This document shows positions 9,157 to 18,835 of a stretch of DNA of 64,000 bases, in pieces. Below the pieces are notes generated by a model. That model was not told the DNA's origin. It did no database searches and saw only the letters and a program-made list of their open reading frames with translations. This stretch comes from Kiritimatiellia bacterium. Lineage in GTDB: Bacteria > Verrucomicrobiota > Kiritimatiellia > CAIQIC01 > Lenti-01. The first letter of the stretch is position 1; the number at the start of each line of letters is the position of its first letter. The stretch lies in the NCBI GenBank assembly GCA_028681135.1, contig JAQUJC010000007.1:57-64056 (forward strand), given 5' to 3'. Position numbers and translations under genes: made by a program.

Positions 9157-10232
9157 AGATCGTCACCATCGTCGGAGCCCGACCCCAGTTTATTAAGGCT
9201 GCGGCGGTGAGTCGAGTGCTCCGCCAGGATGTTCGCGAAGTTCTCGTTCATACCGGCCAACACTATGATGACAACATGTCACAGGTGTTTTTCGACGAAC
9301 TCGAGATTCCACGGCCGGACTACAACTTGGGCATCGGTTCCGGCGGCCATGGGGTGCAGACCGGCGCCATGCTGGCGGGCATCGAGGAGATTTTGCTGAA
9401 GGAGAAGCCGGACCGGGTGCTGGTCTATGGCGACACAAATTCGACGCTGGCGGGAACGCTGGCGGCGGCGAAATTGCATATCCCGGTGGCGCACGTGGAA
9501 GCGGGGTTGCGCAGCTTCAACCGGCGTATGCCGGAGGAAATCAACCGGGTGTTGACGGATCATGTGGCCGATCTTCTGTTTTGTCCCAGCAAGACGGCGG
9601 TTGCTAATCTGACTGCGGAGGGGGTGCATGACGGCGTTCATCTGGTGGGCGATGTGATGTACGAGGCACTGATGCATGCCGTTACCCTCGCACATCAAAA
9701 ATCCGATGTGCTGGAGCGCCTAAACCTAACGCCGAGCAGCTATGCGTTGGCGACCATCCACCGTGCCGAGAACACCGATGATCCGGAACGACTGGCCCGG
9801 TTGATGGCGGCCTTGCAGGAGGTTTCCTGCAAAATGCCGGTGATTTTCCCGGTCCATCCGCGGACGCGCGGCAAACTCGGGCCTTTGGCTGCCGGCGGGG
9901 ACTTGCGCTTGTTAGACCCCCAGGGCTATCTGGATATGGTCCGTCTGGAGGCAGGAGCATCCGTCATCCTGACCGACTCCGGCGGCATCCAAAAAGAGGC
10001 CTATTGGCTGCGAGTGCCGTGCGTGACCTTGCGCGACGAAACGGAGTGGGTCGAAACCGTGGCACAGGGATGGAATGTGGTGGCGGGAGCGGATTGCGAT
10101 GTAATCTTAGGCGCCGCCCGGCAGCCCGTTCGTCCGAAGACGCGCGACGATGCCTACCGGGGCGAAGGCAGTGTGATGCGGTTGACCGCAATTTTGGCCG
10201 GGAATGCCGGAGCGGGGGGGGGGGGCGAATAA
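9153..10232 (+). CDS. wecB: UDP-N-acetylglucosamine 2-epimerase (non-hydrolysing)
   Basis: 'MKIVTIVGARPQFIKAAAVSRVL...VHTGQHYDDNMSQVFFDELEIPRPDYNLGIGSG...DRVLVYGDTNSTLAG...HVEAGLRSFNRRMPEEINR' are canonical WecB/MnaA motifs. There is a G12 tract at 10214-10225 at the 3' end. Confidence 0.85.
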   Translation: MKIVTIVGARPQFIKAAAVSRVLRQDVREVLVHTGQHYDDNMSQVFFDELEIPRPDYNLGIGSGGHGVQTGAMLAGIEEILLKEKPDRVLVYGDTNSTLAGTLAAAKLHIPVAHVEAGLRSFNRRMPEEINRVLTDHVADLLFCPSKTAVANLTAEGVHDGVHLVGDVMYEALMHAVTLAHQKSDVLERLNLTPSSYALATIHRAENTDDPERLARLMAALQEVSCKMPVIFPVHPRTRGKLGPLAAGGDLRLLDPQGYLDMVRLEAGASVILTDSGGIQKEAYWLRVPCVTLRDETEWVETVAQGWNVVAGADCDVILGAARQPVRPKTRDDAYRGEGSVMRLTAILAGNAGAGGGGE

Positions 10233-10235
10233 TAT

Positions 10236-11564
10236 ATGAGTGCACCGCGTCCCAAACTGCTGTTTCTGGCGTATCCTTTCCCGCCGTCGCCGGCCATTGG
10301 CGGGGTGCGGGCTTGGGGGATGGCTAAATATCTGTCGCGGTTGGGCTGGCAGGTCACCGTCGTCACCCCTGATCCATCCGGGAGGGTCTCGCCAGCAGAG
10401 ATGGAAGAGGCGGAACGGCAGTGTCGCCAAGAGGGAATTACGCGGTTGTTCGCCGGGGAATTAGAGGTCCGCTCCGGCGAGGCGGCGCAGCGGCTGACTG
10501 TCGGACGTTGGGAACGGTGTCGGCGGCTTTTTGTTCGCCGTGTTTTCCGCTGCATGGGCATGGGATTGGAAGAACGCTGGTGGCGGACCTGTCTGGTGGC
10601 GTGTTCACGGCTGGCACCGGGCGATTGCGATGTGGTGCTGGCGACCGGATCACCGTTCAGTGTTTTTCTGGCTGCGCGCCGGATCGCCCGGCGGCTGGAG
10701 GTTCCCTTCGTGCTGGACTATCGGGATCCTTGGTCCTTGGCAATCCACGGTGCCGCCTGGAACAAACTCTGGCGGCGGCCCGTGGAACGCAGGGTGTTGC
10801 GCGAGGCGGCGGCCACGCTGATTGTTTCGCCGTCGTTGGCCCGGAGCCAGACGGAGGCCTTTCATCTTTCATGCCCACCGGTCGTGATTCCCAACGGCTA
10901 TGATCCCGAGTTGTCGAAAGCGGTCATTCCGGCGGTTTTTACCGATTTCAGCGTCGTGTATGCGGGTAATTTCTACGTGGGGCAACGAAAAATCGATTCA
11001 GTGGTGCGGGCGATCAAAAGGGCCTCCGAGATTTCGCGCGGAAAGATCCCAATGCCGATTCGGCTTCATTATTATGGGCGGGACATCCCGCACGTGGAAG
11101 CCGCCGTCCAACGTCACGGTGCCGAAGGACTGGTGGAGTGTCACGGCCGGGTGCCTCGGACGGAAGTGCTTGCGGCTATCAAGGGGGCGGGATGCGCGGT
11201 CGTCATCGCCAGTATTCGGGAACGCGTGGGGTTGACGGAACGCGGCATCGTGACGGGCAAGTTATTCGAGCCGCTGGGGCTGGGCGTGCCAATTTTACTG
11301 GTGGCCCCCGAGGACAGCGATGCAGCGAAGATCGTGGAGGGATCCGGTGCGGGGCGCAGTTTTCGCGCCTCGCAGGCAGAGGCGATGGCGCACTGGCTGG
11401 TCGAATGCGCGGACGGTAAATCCGGTCGGCGCTATGAACCGCCCGCCGCCTTTTCCTGGCCTGTTTTGGCTCAAACGGCGGAGGGCATCCTGGCGGCCTT
11501 GATGCGACAGGATCGCGCGGGTCTTCCCAATCCAGGGTGTGAAATGAATTCCCATGATGAGTAG
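10236..11564 (+). CDS. Glycosyltransferase (GT4-like)
   Basis: 442 aa. The N-terminus 'KLLFLAYPFPPSPAIGGVRAWGMAKYLSRLGWQVTVVTPD' is a GT-B fold N-domain signature. The C-terminal half has a Glycos_transf_1-like region. Confidence 0.6.
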   Translation: MSAPRPKLLFLAYPFPPSPAIGGVRAWGMAKYLSRLGWQVTVVTPDPSGRVSPAEMEEAERQCRQEGITRLFAGELEVRSGEAAQRLTVGRWERCRRLFVRRVFRCMGMGLEERWWRTCLVACSRLAPGDCDVVLATGSPFSVFLAARRIARRLEVPFVLDYRDPWSLAIHGAAWNKLWRRPVERRVLREAAATLIVSPSLARSQTEAFHLSCPPVVIPNGYDPELSKAVIPAVFTDFSVVYAGNFYVGQRKIDSVVRAIKRASEISRGKIPMPIRLHYYGRDIPHVEAAVQRHGAEGLVECHGRVPRTEVLAAIKGAGCAVVIASIRERVGLTERGIVTGKLFEPLGLGVPILLVAPEDSDAAKIVEGSGAGRSFRASQAEAMAHWLVECADGKSGRRYEPPAAFSWPVLAQTAEGILAALMRQDRAGLPNPGCEMNSHDE

Positions 11565-12936
11565 CCCTTTCAAGACCGTTCCCGTGCAGAAGGTCCAGAG
11601 CCGGGAAGATCGGCGCTGGTCGCGGCTGGCGTTCCTCGGGGCGCTCTATTATCTGATCGTCTATGCTTTGGCCACCAAATCGGAATATAATCTGCAAATC
11701 GTATGGTTGGGTGCCGCTTTGCTCGGACTGATCATGGTGCCTTTATTCGCGCAACATGTGAGGCTTTCTTCGCTGCCGCGTGAGGGTGTCTTGCTGGGTC
11801 TGTTTTTGCTGTGGTCCTCGACCGGCTATTTCGTTGTCGAGGAAAGATACTTGTTTGGCCGATATCTGCATTTGCTGGCGGAACTGTCTTTGATTGTCGT
11901 TGGCATATCGTTAATCCTCCAACATTCTGGCGCGGTAAAGTGGTTCCATCTCGCTTTCCTGATCGTGGCCATCGCCGCTATTTTATCCTTCGGCGAACCC
12001 ATAGCCATGTCTTCCTTGTCTGCGGTCGATCCGATGCGGGCGGAACTCGAGTCCGCTAATGCTTTTGGAGGTGCCAGCGCAATAGGGGTGATCAGCGCGT
12101 TGGCCCTGTTGCCGGAAGCCCGGCGCCTTTGGACCCGCGCCGCGCTTGTCGCCGGAGGGATACTGGCGTTCTATGGTGTTTTACTTTCGGCGTCGCGCAC
12201 GGCCTTTCTGACGCTGCTGGTGATCGCTGTTTGTTGGCCGACGCTTTGCCTGGCCAGTACCGGCCGGTTTAAATGGACGACGTTGATTGTCTCCGGGGCC
12301 GTTCTCCTGCTGGCGTACAGCGCCTACGTGTATATCATCCAGGAGACCTACATGGGCGAACGCTTCAGTAAGAGCGTGAACATGGAGGACAACAGCACCC
12401 GGATTCGCTTCGATTTGGCGATCACCGGCTTGAAGATATTCGCCAACAATCCTCTGGTCGGATGTGGCCTCGGGCAATTTGGGGTCGCCTCCGGAACGGG
12501 ATACTATGCACACAATGAATTCGTCGAGATTGCCGCTACCACGGGACTGCCCGGCTTGGCGTTGTATTATTCCATGTATGCCGTTGCCTGGCGGCGGTTG
12601 TCCAGAAGCCTGCGTGTGATCGTTGACCCCCTGGCTCGCTATCGCGTAAACATCGCCCGGGTGTCCCTGCTTATTCTGGTGATTACGGGATTGGTTTCCA
12701 CGCCCAACTTCCTCAGCAAACCCTCCATGTTCCTGCTGGCCACGGCCGTGGGCATCGCCCACTGGGCGGAGGGGGTGGCCCGGACCGCCGCGATGGGCAT
12801 TCCCCTCGCCGTCAGGCCGGGGCCAATTCCGCCTGGATTCCCGGGATGGGCGCGGCCTTTCCAGCCGTTTGCCGCTGGTGCGGCAAACGGGCTGGCCTCG
12901 GGAAAATGCGCGTGGAACGGCAGGACAAAGGAATGA
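11554..12936 (+). CDS. O-antigen polymerase/ligase family (Wzy_C) membrane protein
   Basis: 460 aa, polytopic. 'LLSASRTAFLTLLVIAV' and 'GCGLGQFGVASGTGYYAHNEFVEIAATTGLPGL' match the Wzy_C H-N-x-x-x-E motif. Confidence 0.7.
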   Translation: MMSSPFKTVPVQKVQSREDRRWSRLAFLGALYYLIVYALATKSEYNLQIVWLGAALLGLIMVPLFAQHVRLSSLPREGVLLGLFLLWSSTGYFVVEERYLFGRYLHLLAELSLIVVGISLILQHSGAVKWFHLAFLIVAIAAILSFGEPIAMSSLSAVDPMRAELESANAFGGASAIGVISALALLPEARRLWTRAALVAGGILAFYGVLLSASRTAFLTLLVIAVCWPTLCLASTGRFKWTTLIVSGAVLLLAYSAYVYIIQETYMGERFSKSVNMEDNSTRIRFDLAITGLKIFANNPLVGCGLGQFGVASGTGYYAHNEFVEIAATTGLPGLALYYSMYAVAWRRLSRSLRVIVDPLARYRVNIARVSLLILVITGLVSTPNFLSKPSMFLLATAVGIAHWAEGVARTAAMGIPLAVRPGPIPPGFPGWARPFQPFAAGAANGLASGKCAWNGRTKE

Positions 12937-12940
12937 CGCC

Positions 12941-15004
12941 ATGTTGAAAGCAGCATATTCGGTTTTGCCAGATCGCCTGAAGATCGAGGTTCGCCGCCTC
13001 CTCGACAACCGTGTGGATCGCAAGTTGCTCCGGGCAGAAGAACGGTTGCTGGTGAGGGAGGGGGAGTGGCTATCAGATCATGGTCTGGCCGATGTCCTCA
13101 CGCGGGAAGACTGGCGTCGCCGACAACCGATTTCCCGGCAGCGGTTGCGCTGGATGCTCGGTCTGGACCCGTGGCCGGAGCGGACGCCGCTGAAAGCAAC
13201 GATCACGGGCACGATAAAACAAGCGGATTGCCGGATCGAGAAAGTCGTCTTCGAAAGTCGGCCCGGGTTATTCGTTACAGCCAACTTCTACGTCCCGCAA
13301 GATGCTCCGGGACCGTTACCCTGCGTCATCTATCTCAATGGACATAGCACGGCACTCGACGGGGCGAAAACGGCCCACCAGACTCCGTCGCTATGGTATC
13401 CGGCAAACGGTTTTGCACTGCTGGTGGTCGATCCACTGGGGTTTGGCGAAATTCCCGGCATCCATGCGGGCACGCACCGGCTCAACTGGTGGCATTGGCT
13501 TTCGCAGGGCTACACGCCGGCCGGGGTGGAGGTGTGGAATGCCATGCGGGCCTTGGATTGGCTGGAAACCCGGCCAGAGATCGACTCGGCGCGGATTGGC
13601 GTGACCGGATTGTCCGGCGGTGGCGTGATGACCCAGTATCTGGCTGCTCTGGACGACCGGGTGGCCGCCGCCGCGCCGTCGTGTTCGACCTATACCCTCG
13701 GCACCCAGGTGGCCTTGGGGCTCATCCCCCGCCAGTGCGACTGCACGTTCTATCCCAACGTGTATCGAATGGATTTTCCCGAAGTCCTCGCGTTGATCGC
13801 GCCTCGGCCGCTGTTGATTCTCGGTGGCCGCAAGGACCCAATCTTTCCCCCGGTTGGGTTTGGGCAGGCGTACCGACGAACAAAACGGATCTACGATCTT
13901 TTCGATGAACAGGACGAAATGGAGCCCCGTATTCAGCTTGTGCAAACCGATGCCGGCCACACGGACACCCCGGCATCGCTCGTCAAAACGCACCAGTGGA
14001 TGTGCCGTTGGCTTCGGGATCGGGCGGAGAGTTCCTCACGCTTGGAGCGCCCAAAGCTCTTGCTCGAATCGCCCGAAACCTTGCGCTGTCTGAAAGAAAC
14101 TTCGGCTTCCGCCGTGAACGACCATGTCCACGACGTCTGGTTTGCGCCGTCGCCCGCGGTCCCATTGGACCGCGGCGAATGGGAGAGCCGCAAGAAAGAC
14201 CTGTCCGACATTCTCCGGACCCGTATTTTCGGATGGTTCCCGCCAGGTGACATTCCTTTCCGAACCCGGCGAATCCGCGCCAATGGCGGATATGCGGACA
14301 AATTCGCCGAGTTTGGTGCCTTTGAGTTCGACTCCGAGCCGGGAGTGCCGGTGCGGGCGTATTTGTTGCAGCCCAGGGAGCGGTCCGGCCCCGTGCCGCT
14401 CGTCGTTTGGATCAAACGGCCGGAGGAACACGTCCACTTTCCCGACGTGGACGAGTTCCATGCGCTCCTGCGCTCGCATGCGGTGCTGGTTCTGACGCCG
14501 CGGTTCGCGGCGCGTCCGCTGTCCGGGCGCGCGTTCACGCGAATCGAGCGGACGGCGGCGGTGGTCGGAAGAAGCGTCGCCGCCATGCGCGTTTGGGACG
14601 TGCGGCGGGCCGTGGCCTGGGCGCTCCTCGACCGTCGGCTGGCGATCTCTGAAACGACGGTGTATGGCTGTGGGGAGGCGGGTCTTGCGGGTCTGTATGC
14701 CGCCGTGCTGGATCCCGCCATCGAGCACGTGGTGTTGCGCGAGCCGCCCACGTCCCATTTGACCGGATTCGCCTTGCCGACCATCTTGCGCGATACCGAC
14801 GTCGATGAAGTCGCCGGGCTGCTGGCACCGCGCCGCTTGACGCTATTGGCCGCTCCTGAGGGCACGCTAGCGTGCACGCGCGCGATCTACGAACTGACCG
14901 GTGCCGGCCAGGCATTCGGCCGGGCGCCCAGCCTGCCCAAAGCCATTTCCAGGTCCCTGCGCCCCGTTGCGGTTACGCCTGGCCAAGGAGTCGAATCATG
15001 CTGA
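12941..15004 (+). CDS. Alpha/beta-hydrolase (acetyl-xylan-esterase/dienelactone-hydrolase-like), candidate polysaccharide esterase
   Basis: About 688 aa from Met 12941. A nucleophile-elbow 'GLSGGG' (GxSxG) sits after a beta-strand-rich region. It lies inside the EPS operon. The family assignment is tentative. Confidence 0.5.
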   Translation: MLKAAYSVLPDRLKIEVRRLLDNRVDRKLLRAEERLLVREGEWLSDHGLADVLTREDWRRRQPISRQRLRWMLGLDPWPERTPLKATITGTIKQADCRIEKVVFESRPGLFVTANFYVPQDAPGPLPCVIYLNGHSTALDGAKTAHQTPSLWYPANGFALLVVDPLGFGEIPGIHAGTHRLNWWHWLSQGYTPAGVEVWNAMRALDWLETRPEIDSARIGVTGLSGGGVMTQYLAALDDRVAAAAPSCSTYTLGTQVALGLIPRQCDCTFYPNVYRMDFPEVLALIAPRPLLILGGRKDPIFPPVGFGQAYRRTKRIYDLFDEQDEMEPRIQLVQTDAGHTDTPASLVKTHQWMCRWLRDRAESSSRLERPKLLLESPETLRCLKETSASAVNDHVHDVWFAPSPAVPLDRGEWESRKKDLSDILRTRIFGWFPPGDIPFRTRRIRANGGYADKFAEFGAFEFDSEPGVPVRAYLLQPRERSGPVPLVVWIKRPEEHVHFPDVDEFHALLRSHAVLVLTPRFAARPLSGRAFTRIERTAAVVGRSVAAMRVWDVRRAVAWALLDRRLAISETTVYGCGEAGLAGLYAAVLDPAIEHVVLREPPTSHLTGFALPTILRDTDVDEVAGLLAPRRLTLLAAPEGTLACTRAIYELTGAGQAFGRAPSLPKAISRSLRPVAVTPGQGVESC

Positions 15005-15855
15005 CTGTCGCCCAATTCGCGGAGCAGAAGAAACAACTCGGCCATCGCATCTACGAGCATGCGGGGTGGTATTGGGAGGAAACCTATCCGTTTTATTGCA
15101 AGTCGGCCTACGTGTTCAAACCCATCGACCGCGGCGCGGCGCAGCCGCCCTGGCTGCGCAGCCGGCTGGGGTACGACCACCAGGTGCATCGCCCGGAAGA
15201 CGGCAACCAATGGCGCGCCACGATGGTGATGGAACGCGAGGCTTTGGACGATTACAGCTTGCAGAAGCTGCCGTCGAAAAAACGCAATCAGGTGCGGCGC
15301 GGCCTCGACCATTGTGCGGTGCGGCCCATCGCCGACATCAACCAGTCTGTGGAACGAATGCGCGAAATTTCTGTGGCGCAGGTTCGCCGGCAAGAACAGG
15401 GGGCCGGCGCGCCGTATCCGGCCGCCAATCTGGTCCGCGGTGCCGAAGAATGGCGACAACGGGTCCGGCGCGAGTTCGCGTTGCCTGGCCGGGACTGGTG
15501 GGGGGCGTTCGTGGGCGACGAACTGGCCGCTTATGCGCGCACCTATTGGGTGGAGGGCGATTTGATTTTCCAGCAGACAAAAATTGATCTGGCCTTCAGC
15601 AAATCCTGCCCGATGGACGCCTTGTATTTTACGATTTTGACGGATGCCTCCCAAACGCCCGAATGCCAGCGCGTCATCAATGGTCGGCCGATGCACGAAT
15701 CGCTAAACCATTTCAAAAGCGAATATCTGTTCCGAGCGGTGCACTATCCCTATTACTACTCACACGCCCGATTCACGGAAGCGGCCAAAAAGATATGGCT
15801 TGGGTTCCGGCAGCTAGGCCACGCGGCAAAACGCCGTCCGAAAAACAGCCGATGA
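14998..15855 (+). CDS. FemAB-like / Acetyltransf_6 (GNAT-fold) family protein, paralog 1
   Basis: 285 aa from the ATG at 14998, overlapping the upstream stop. It is weakly similar to paralog 2, for example 'LPSKKRNQVRRGL' versus 'LESKRRSSIRKAL'. Operon context supports the assignment. Confidence 0.5.
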   Translation: MLTVAQFAEQKKQLGHRIYEHAGWYWEETYPFYCKSAYVFKPIDRGAAQPPWLRSRLGYDHQVHRPEDGNQWRATMVMEREALDDYSLQKLPSKKRNQVRRGLDHCAVRPIADINQSVERMREISVAQVRRQEQGAGAPYPAANLVRGAEEWRQRVRREFALPGRDWWGAFVGDELAAYARTYWVEGDLIFQQTKIDLAFSKSCPMDALYFTILTDASQTPECQRVINGRPMHESLNHFKSEYLFRAVHYPYYYSHARFTEAAKKIWLGFRQLGHAAKRRPKNSR

Positions 15856-16658
15856 CGGTTCACGACTATATTGCCGCTAAGCAGGTCGCCGGGTTCGACC
15901 TGCACCTTCACGACGGTGTCTGGTGGCAGACGCTGCGCCGGGGGTATTGCAAGCCGGCTATTCCTCTGGAGGAGGTCGATCCCGCGAAACAGCGGCCCGC
16001 ATTCGCCAAAATGGCGATCGGTTTTGCGCACCGCGTCCCGGAGGATGCCCCGCGCTCCGGATACTGGCGCCATTTGGTCGTCCGTCAGCCTCAAGTCGCC
16101 GAATTTGCGCTGGAGAAGCTCGAGTCCAAGCGCCGCAGCTCGATCCGGAAGGCCCTGCGTAATAACGAAATCATCCGGATCGACGATTTAGACCGATACC
16201 GCAGGGACATGACCGACATTGTCATCTCCACGGCTATCCGGAACAAGAAAGGCCATCTGCCTGAATATTATCGGGACAGCAACGACGAATGGTGGCAAAG
16301 CATTCGGCGGGTTTCGGGGTTCACCGAGTTCTGGGGCGCCATCCATGAAGGCCGCATGGTCGCCTATACGGCGATCCAGGTCGCCGGCCGCCGTGCCGTG
16401 TTCGATGCCAGCAAGAGCATGACCGAATATTTCCGGGCGCGGCCGAACGATGCCTTGCGCTTCACGCTGCTAGAATCGTGCAAAGCACGCGGGAATGTCG
16501 ATGAAATCATTTCGGGTGGGTGGAGCGCGGATAAGCCGACCTTGAACACCTTCAAGGAGAGTTTCGGCTTTTCCGGCCAGAACATCCCCTTTATCCGCAA
16601 AATGTGCTTCGGGTTGTTCAAGAATCCCGTCCGCGCTCCGGGTCATGTCGATGCCTAG
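15852..16658 (+). CDS. FemAB-like / Acetyltransf_6 family protein, paralog 2
   Basis: 268 aa, with an ATGA overlap to the upstream gene. 'LEKLESKRRSSIRKALRNNEIIRIDDL...FWGAIHEGRMVAYTAIQVAGRRAVFDASKS' is the FemAB-family pattern. Confidence 0.6.
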   Translation: MTVHDYIAAKQVAGFDLHLHDGVWWQTLRRGYCKPAIPLEEVDPAKQRPAFAKMAIGFAHRVPEDAPRSGYWRHLVVRQPQVAEFALEKLESKRRSSIRKALRNNEIIRIDDLDRYRRDMTDIVISTAIRNKKGHLPEYYRDSNDEWWQSIRRVSGFTEFWGAIHEGRMVAYTAIQVAGRRAVFDASKSMTEYFRARPNDALRFTLLESCKARGNVDEIISGGWSADKPTLNTFKESFGFSGQNIPFIRKMCFGLFKNPVRAPGHVDA

Positions 16659-16682
16659 CGCGAAAACCATGGAGAACCGGGA

Positions 16683-17837
16683 ATGATGGCGGCGTCTCTG
16701 CGCGGACTGAACATCTGCTTGGCCACCAGCGGTCACAATGCGACCGACGACCGGATTTTCTTCAAGGAGGCCCGGTCGCTGGCTAAAACCGGGGCCAACG
16801 TAGTCCTGCTATGCGCTCAGGGCAAGAAGCACCCCGATCATCCCGGTGGCGTCCGGGTCTTGAACTACGATGGCGGCGGGGCATTGAAGCAGCGGCTGGC
16901 CACTGTCGGGAAACTGGAACGGGCGATTGCCGATTTGAAGTGCGATGTGGTGCACTGCCACGAGCCGGACAGCCTGCTCGCTGCGCTCCGGGTAAAGCGG
17001 ACATCGGGGGTGAAAGTCATCTTTGACAGCCATGAACTGTGGGCCGGCTCATGGGCCGGTCGCTTTCCGCGTCCGCTCTGGCCGCTGGCGGGGGCCGCCT
17101 ACCGGTTCTGCGAGCGGCGCTGGCTCGCGGAGTGCGATGCGGCCATCGGTGCTAGCCATGCCATCACGGATTATCTCGCGGCGAGTCTCGGGCCGGAGCG
17201 GGTGGCGACGATCCTGAATGTCCCGGCGGTCGACGTGTTCGGCGAAATCGAACCCGCAGCATGGGGCGACTCGACGGTGATTTGTCACGAGGGGCATTTG
17301 ACCTTCGCCCGCGGCCTGAAGACGATGGTGCGGGCTATGCAACGGGTGGTGCAGCAGCACGCCGCAGTCTTGAAGATCGTCGGCGACGTATATGGCCCGG
17401 AGCGGGCGTGGCTGGAGGCCTATGTTTGCAAGCACGGACTGGAACACGCGATTGTGCGCACAGGCTGGCTGCCGTACCCGGAAGTGGGGCGGGCTATCGC
17501 GCCCTGCCAGATCGGCATCGTCGGGTTTCTGCCGTGTCCGAACCATTGGATTGCGGCGCCCAACAAGTGCTTCAACTATCTTCTCTACGGGTTGCCGGTT
17601 CTCGGACCCGCATTTCCGCACTCCCATTTCGCGATCCTGGAACGGGAAGGGTGCGGCGTACTGGCGGATCCCACCTCGCCGGAATCCTATGCCGAGGCAA
17701 TTTCTCGAATGATCACCGAAAAAAAAGCGACGCTCCAAATGGCCGCAACCGCCCACCGCCTGTCGCGGGAAAAATATCGCTGGACGCACATGGAGCCCAT
17801 TTTGTTCGACCTGTATCGCCGTGTTGTCTCCACGTGA
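16683..17837 (+). CDS. Glycosyltransferase family 4
   Basis: 'LNICLATSGHNATDDRIFFKEARSLAKTGANVVLL...CDVVHCHEPDSL' plus a C-terminal Glycos_transf_1-like region. Confidence 0.75.
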   Translation: MMAASLRGLNICLATSGHNATDDRIFFKEARSLAKTGANVVLLCAQGKKHPDHPGGVRVLNYDGGGALKQRLATVGKLERAIADLKCDVVHCHEPDSLLAALRVKRTSGVKVIFDSHELWAGSWAGRFPRPLWPLAGAAYRFCERRWLAECDAAIGASHAITDYLAASLGPERVATILNVPAVDVFGEIEPAAWGDSTVICHEGHLTFARGLKTMVRAMQRVVQQHAAVLKIVGDVYGPERAWLEAYVCKHGLEHAIVRTGWLPYPEVGRAIAPCQIGIVGFLPCPNHWIAAPNKCFNYLLYGLPVLGPAFPHSHFAILEREGCGVLADPTSPESYAEAISRMITEKKATLQMAATAHRLSREKYRWTHMEPILFDLYRRVVST

Positions 17838-17847
17838 AGAAGAACCA

Positions 17848-18834
17848 ATGAGCAAGAAGAAACTAACCGCCCGCCCCCTCGATCCCAGTGATCGCGAAAA
17901 GTGGGAGACGTTGGTGGCGCGGCACGGGTGCCTGTTCGATTCGGTGCGCTGGACAGACATCTTCGGCCCGGCCATGCGGCGCATCGGCATCTACAATGCC
18001 GGTGGGATCCTGCGCGGCGGATTCTGCGCACAGGAACAGCGCCGTTGGGGGCTGCGGATTTGGCGGAATCCCCCCTACACGCCCTACGGCGGTCCCTTCT
18101 ACGAGCCGCTGGCGTCCAATCCGGCCGCGCGCACGGACGAACAGCGGGACGTCGTGGACGCCATGGCGGACTATCTGTCGTCGCTGGGCGCGGCGGGCGT
18201 CTTCCTTGGTCTGCCCCCGGATGTCGCCGACGGACTGCCCTTCTACTGGCGGGGATGGAAAGTCGTGCCGCTCTACACATACCGGATCGATTTGATGCAA
18301 GGCGAGGATACCTTGCTGGCGACGATGTCGCCTGCGCAGCGGAGCCACGTCAAAAAGGCGGAACAGGCGGGCATTTCAGTTGACGAGTCGGCGGAGCCCA
18401 ACGACCTGCGGGAGTTGATTGGCAAAACCTATGCCCGGCAGCGGAAAACCTGGGATCATTCCACCTGGGACGGCATCGTGGCTGCATTTTCGCCGCCGCA
18501 CGGCAGCTTCTGCTGTATCGCGCGGCAGAACGGCGTCGCACTGGCCGGCGTGTTCGTCGTCCACGACTCGCGGACGGCCTACAACCTCGTTTCCGGATTC
18601 GATTCGGAACAGGGCAATGCGTCCGCCGGAGCGCTGGTGAGATGGCGAGCCATTCTTCATGCCCAGCGGCTGGGGCTGAAAGTTTTTGACTTCGAAGGGT
18701 CGGTCGTGCCGCGCATCGAGCGCTTCAACCGGGCGTTCGGCGGCGTCTTGACGCCGTGCCTCACGATTCAAAAAGCGTGGTTGCCGGTGGAAATGGCCCT
18801 GAAGCTCAATCCGCGCTATCGCAATCGGTTCTGA
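17848..18834 (+). CDS. FemAB-like / Acetyltransf_6 family protein, paralog 3
   Basis: 328 aa from MSKKK. 'MSPAQRSHVKKAEQAGISVDESAE...AYNLVSGFDSEQGNASAGALVRWRAILHAQRLGLKVFDFEGS' is a FemAB/lipid II-glycyltransferase-like C-terminal GNAT-fold signature. Confidence 0.6.
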   Translation: MSKKKLTARPLDPSDREKWETLVARHGCLFDSVRWTDIFGPAMRRIGIYNAGGILRGGFCAQEQRRWGLRIWRNPPYTPYGGPFYEPLASNPAARTDEQRDVVDAMADYLSSLGAAGVFLGLPPDVADGLPFYWRGWKVVPLYTYRIDLMQGEDTLLATMSPAQRSHVKKAEQAGISVDESAEPNDLRELIGKTYARQRKTWDHSTWDGIVAAFSPPHGSFCCIARQNGVALAGVFVVHDSRTAYNLVSGFDSEQGNASAGALVRWRAILHAQRLGLKVFDFEGSVVPRIERFNRAFGGVLTPCLTIQKAWLPVEMALKLNPRYRNRF

Positions 18835-18835
18835 A

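Noticed and set aside
12181-13023. 280-aa minus-strand ORF and other long antisense ORFs across the EPS operon (e.g. 13933..14877 -, 17049..17990 -, 20020..20970 -, 21599..22786 -, 34422..35420 -)
   Set aside because: Each is antisense to a + strand gene with a recognisable family signature. They have Arg/Pro-rich composition typical of spurious GC-rich frames.
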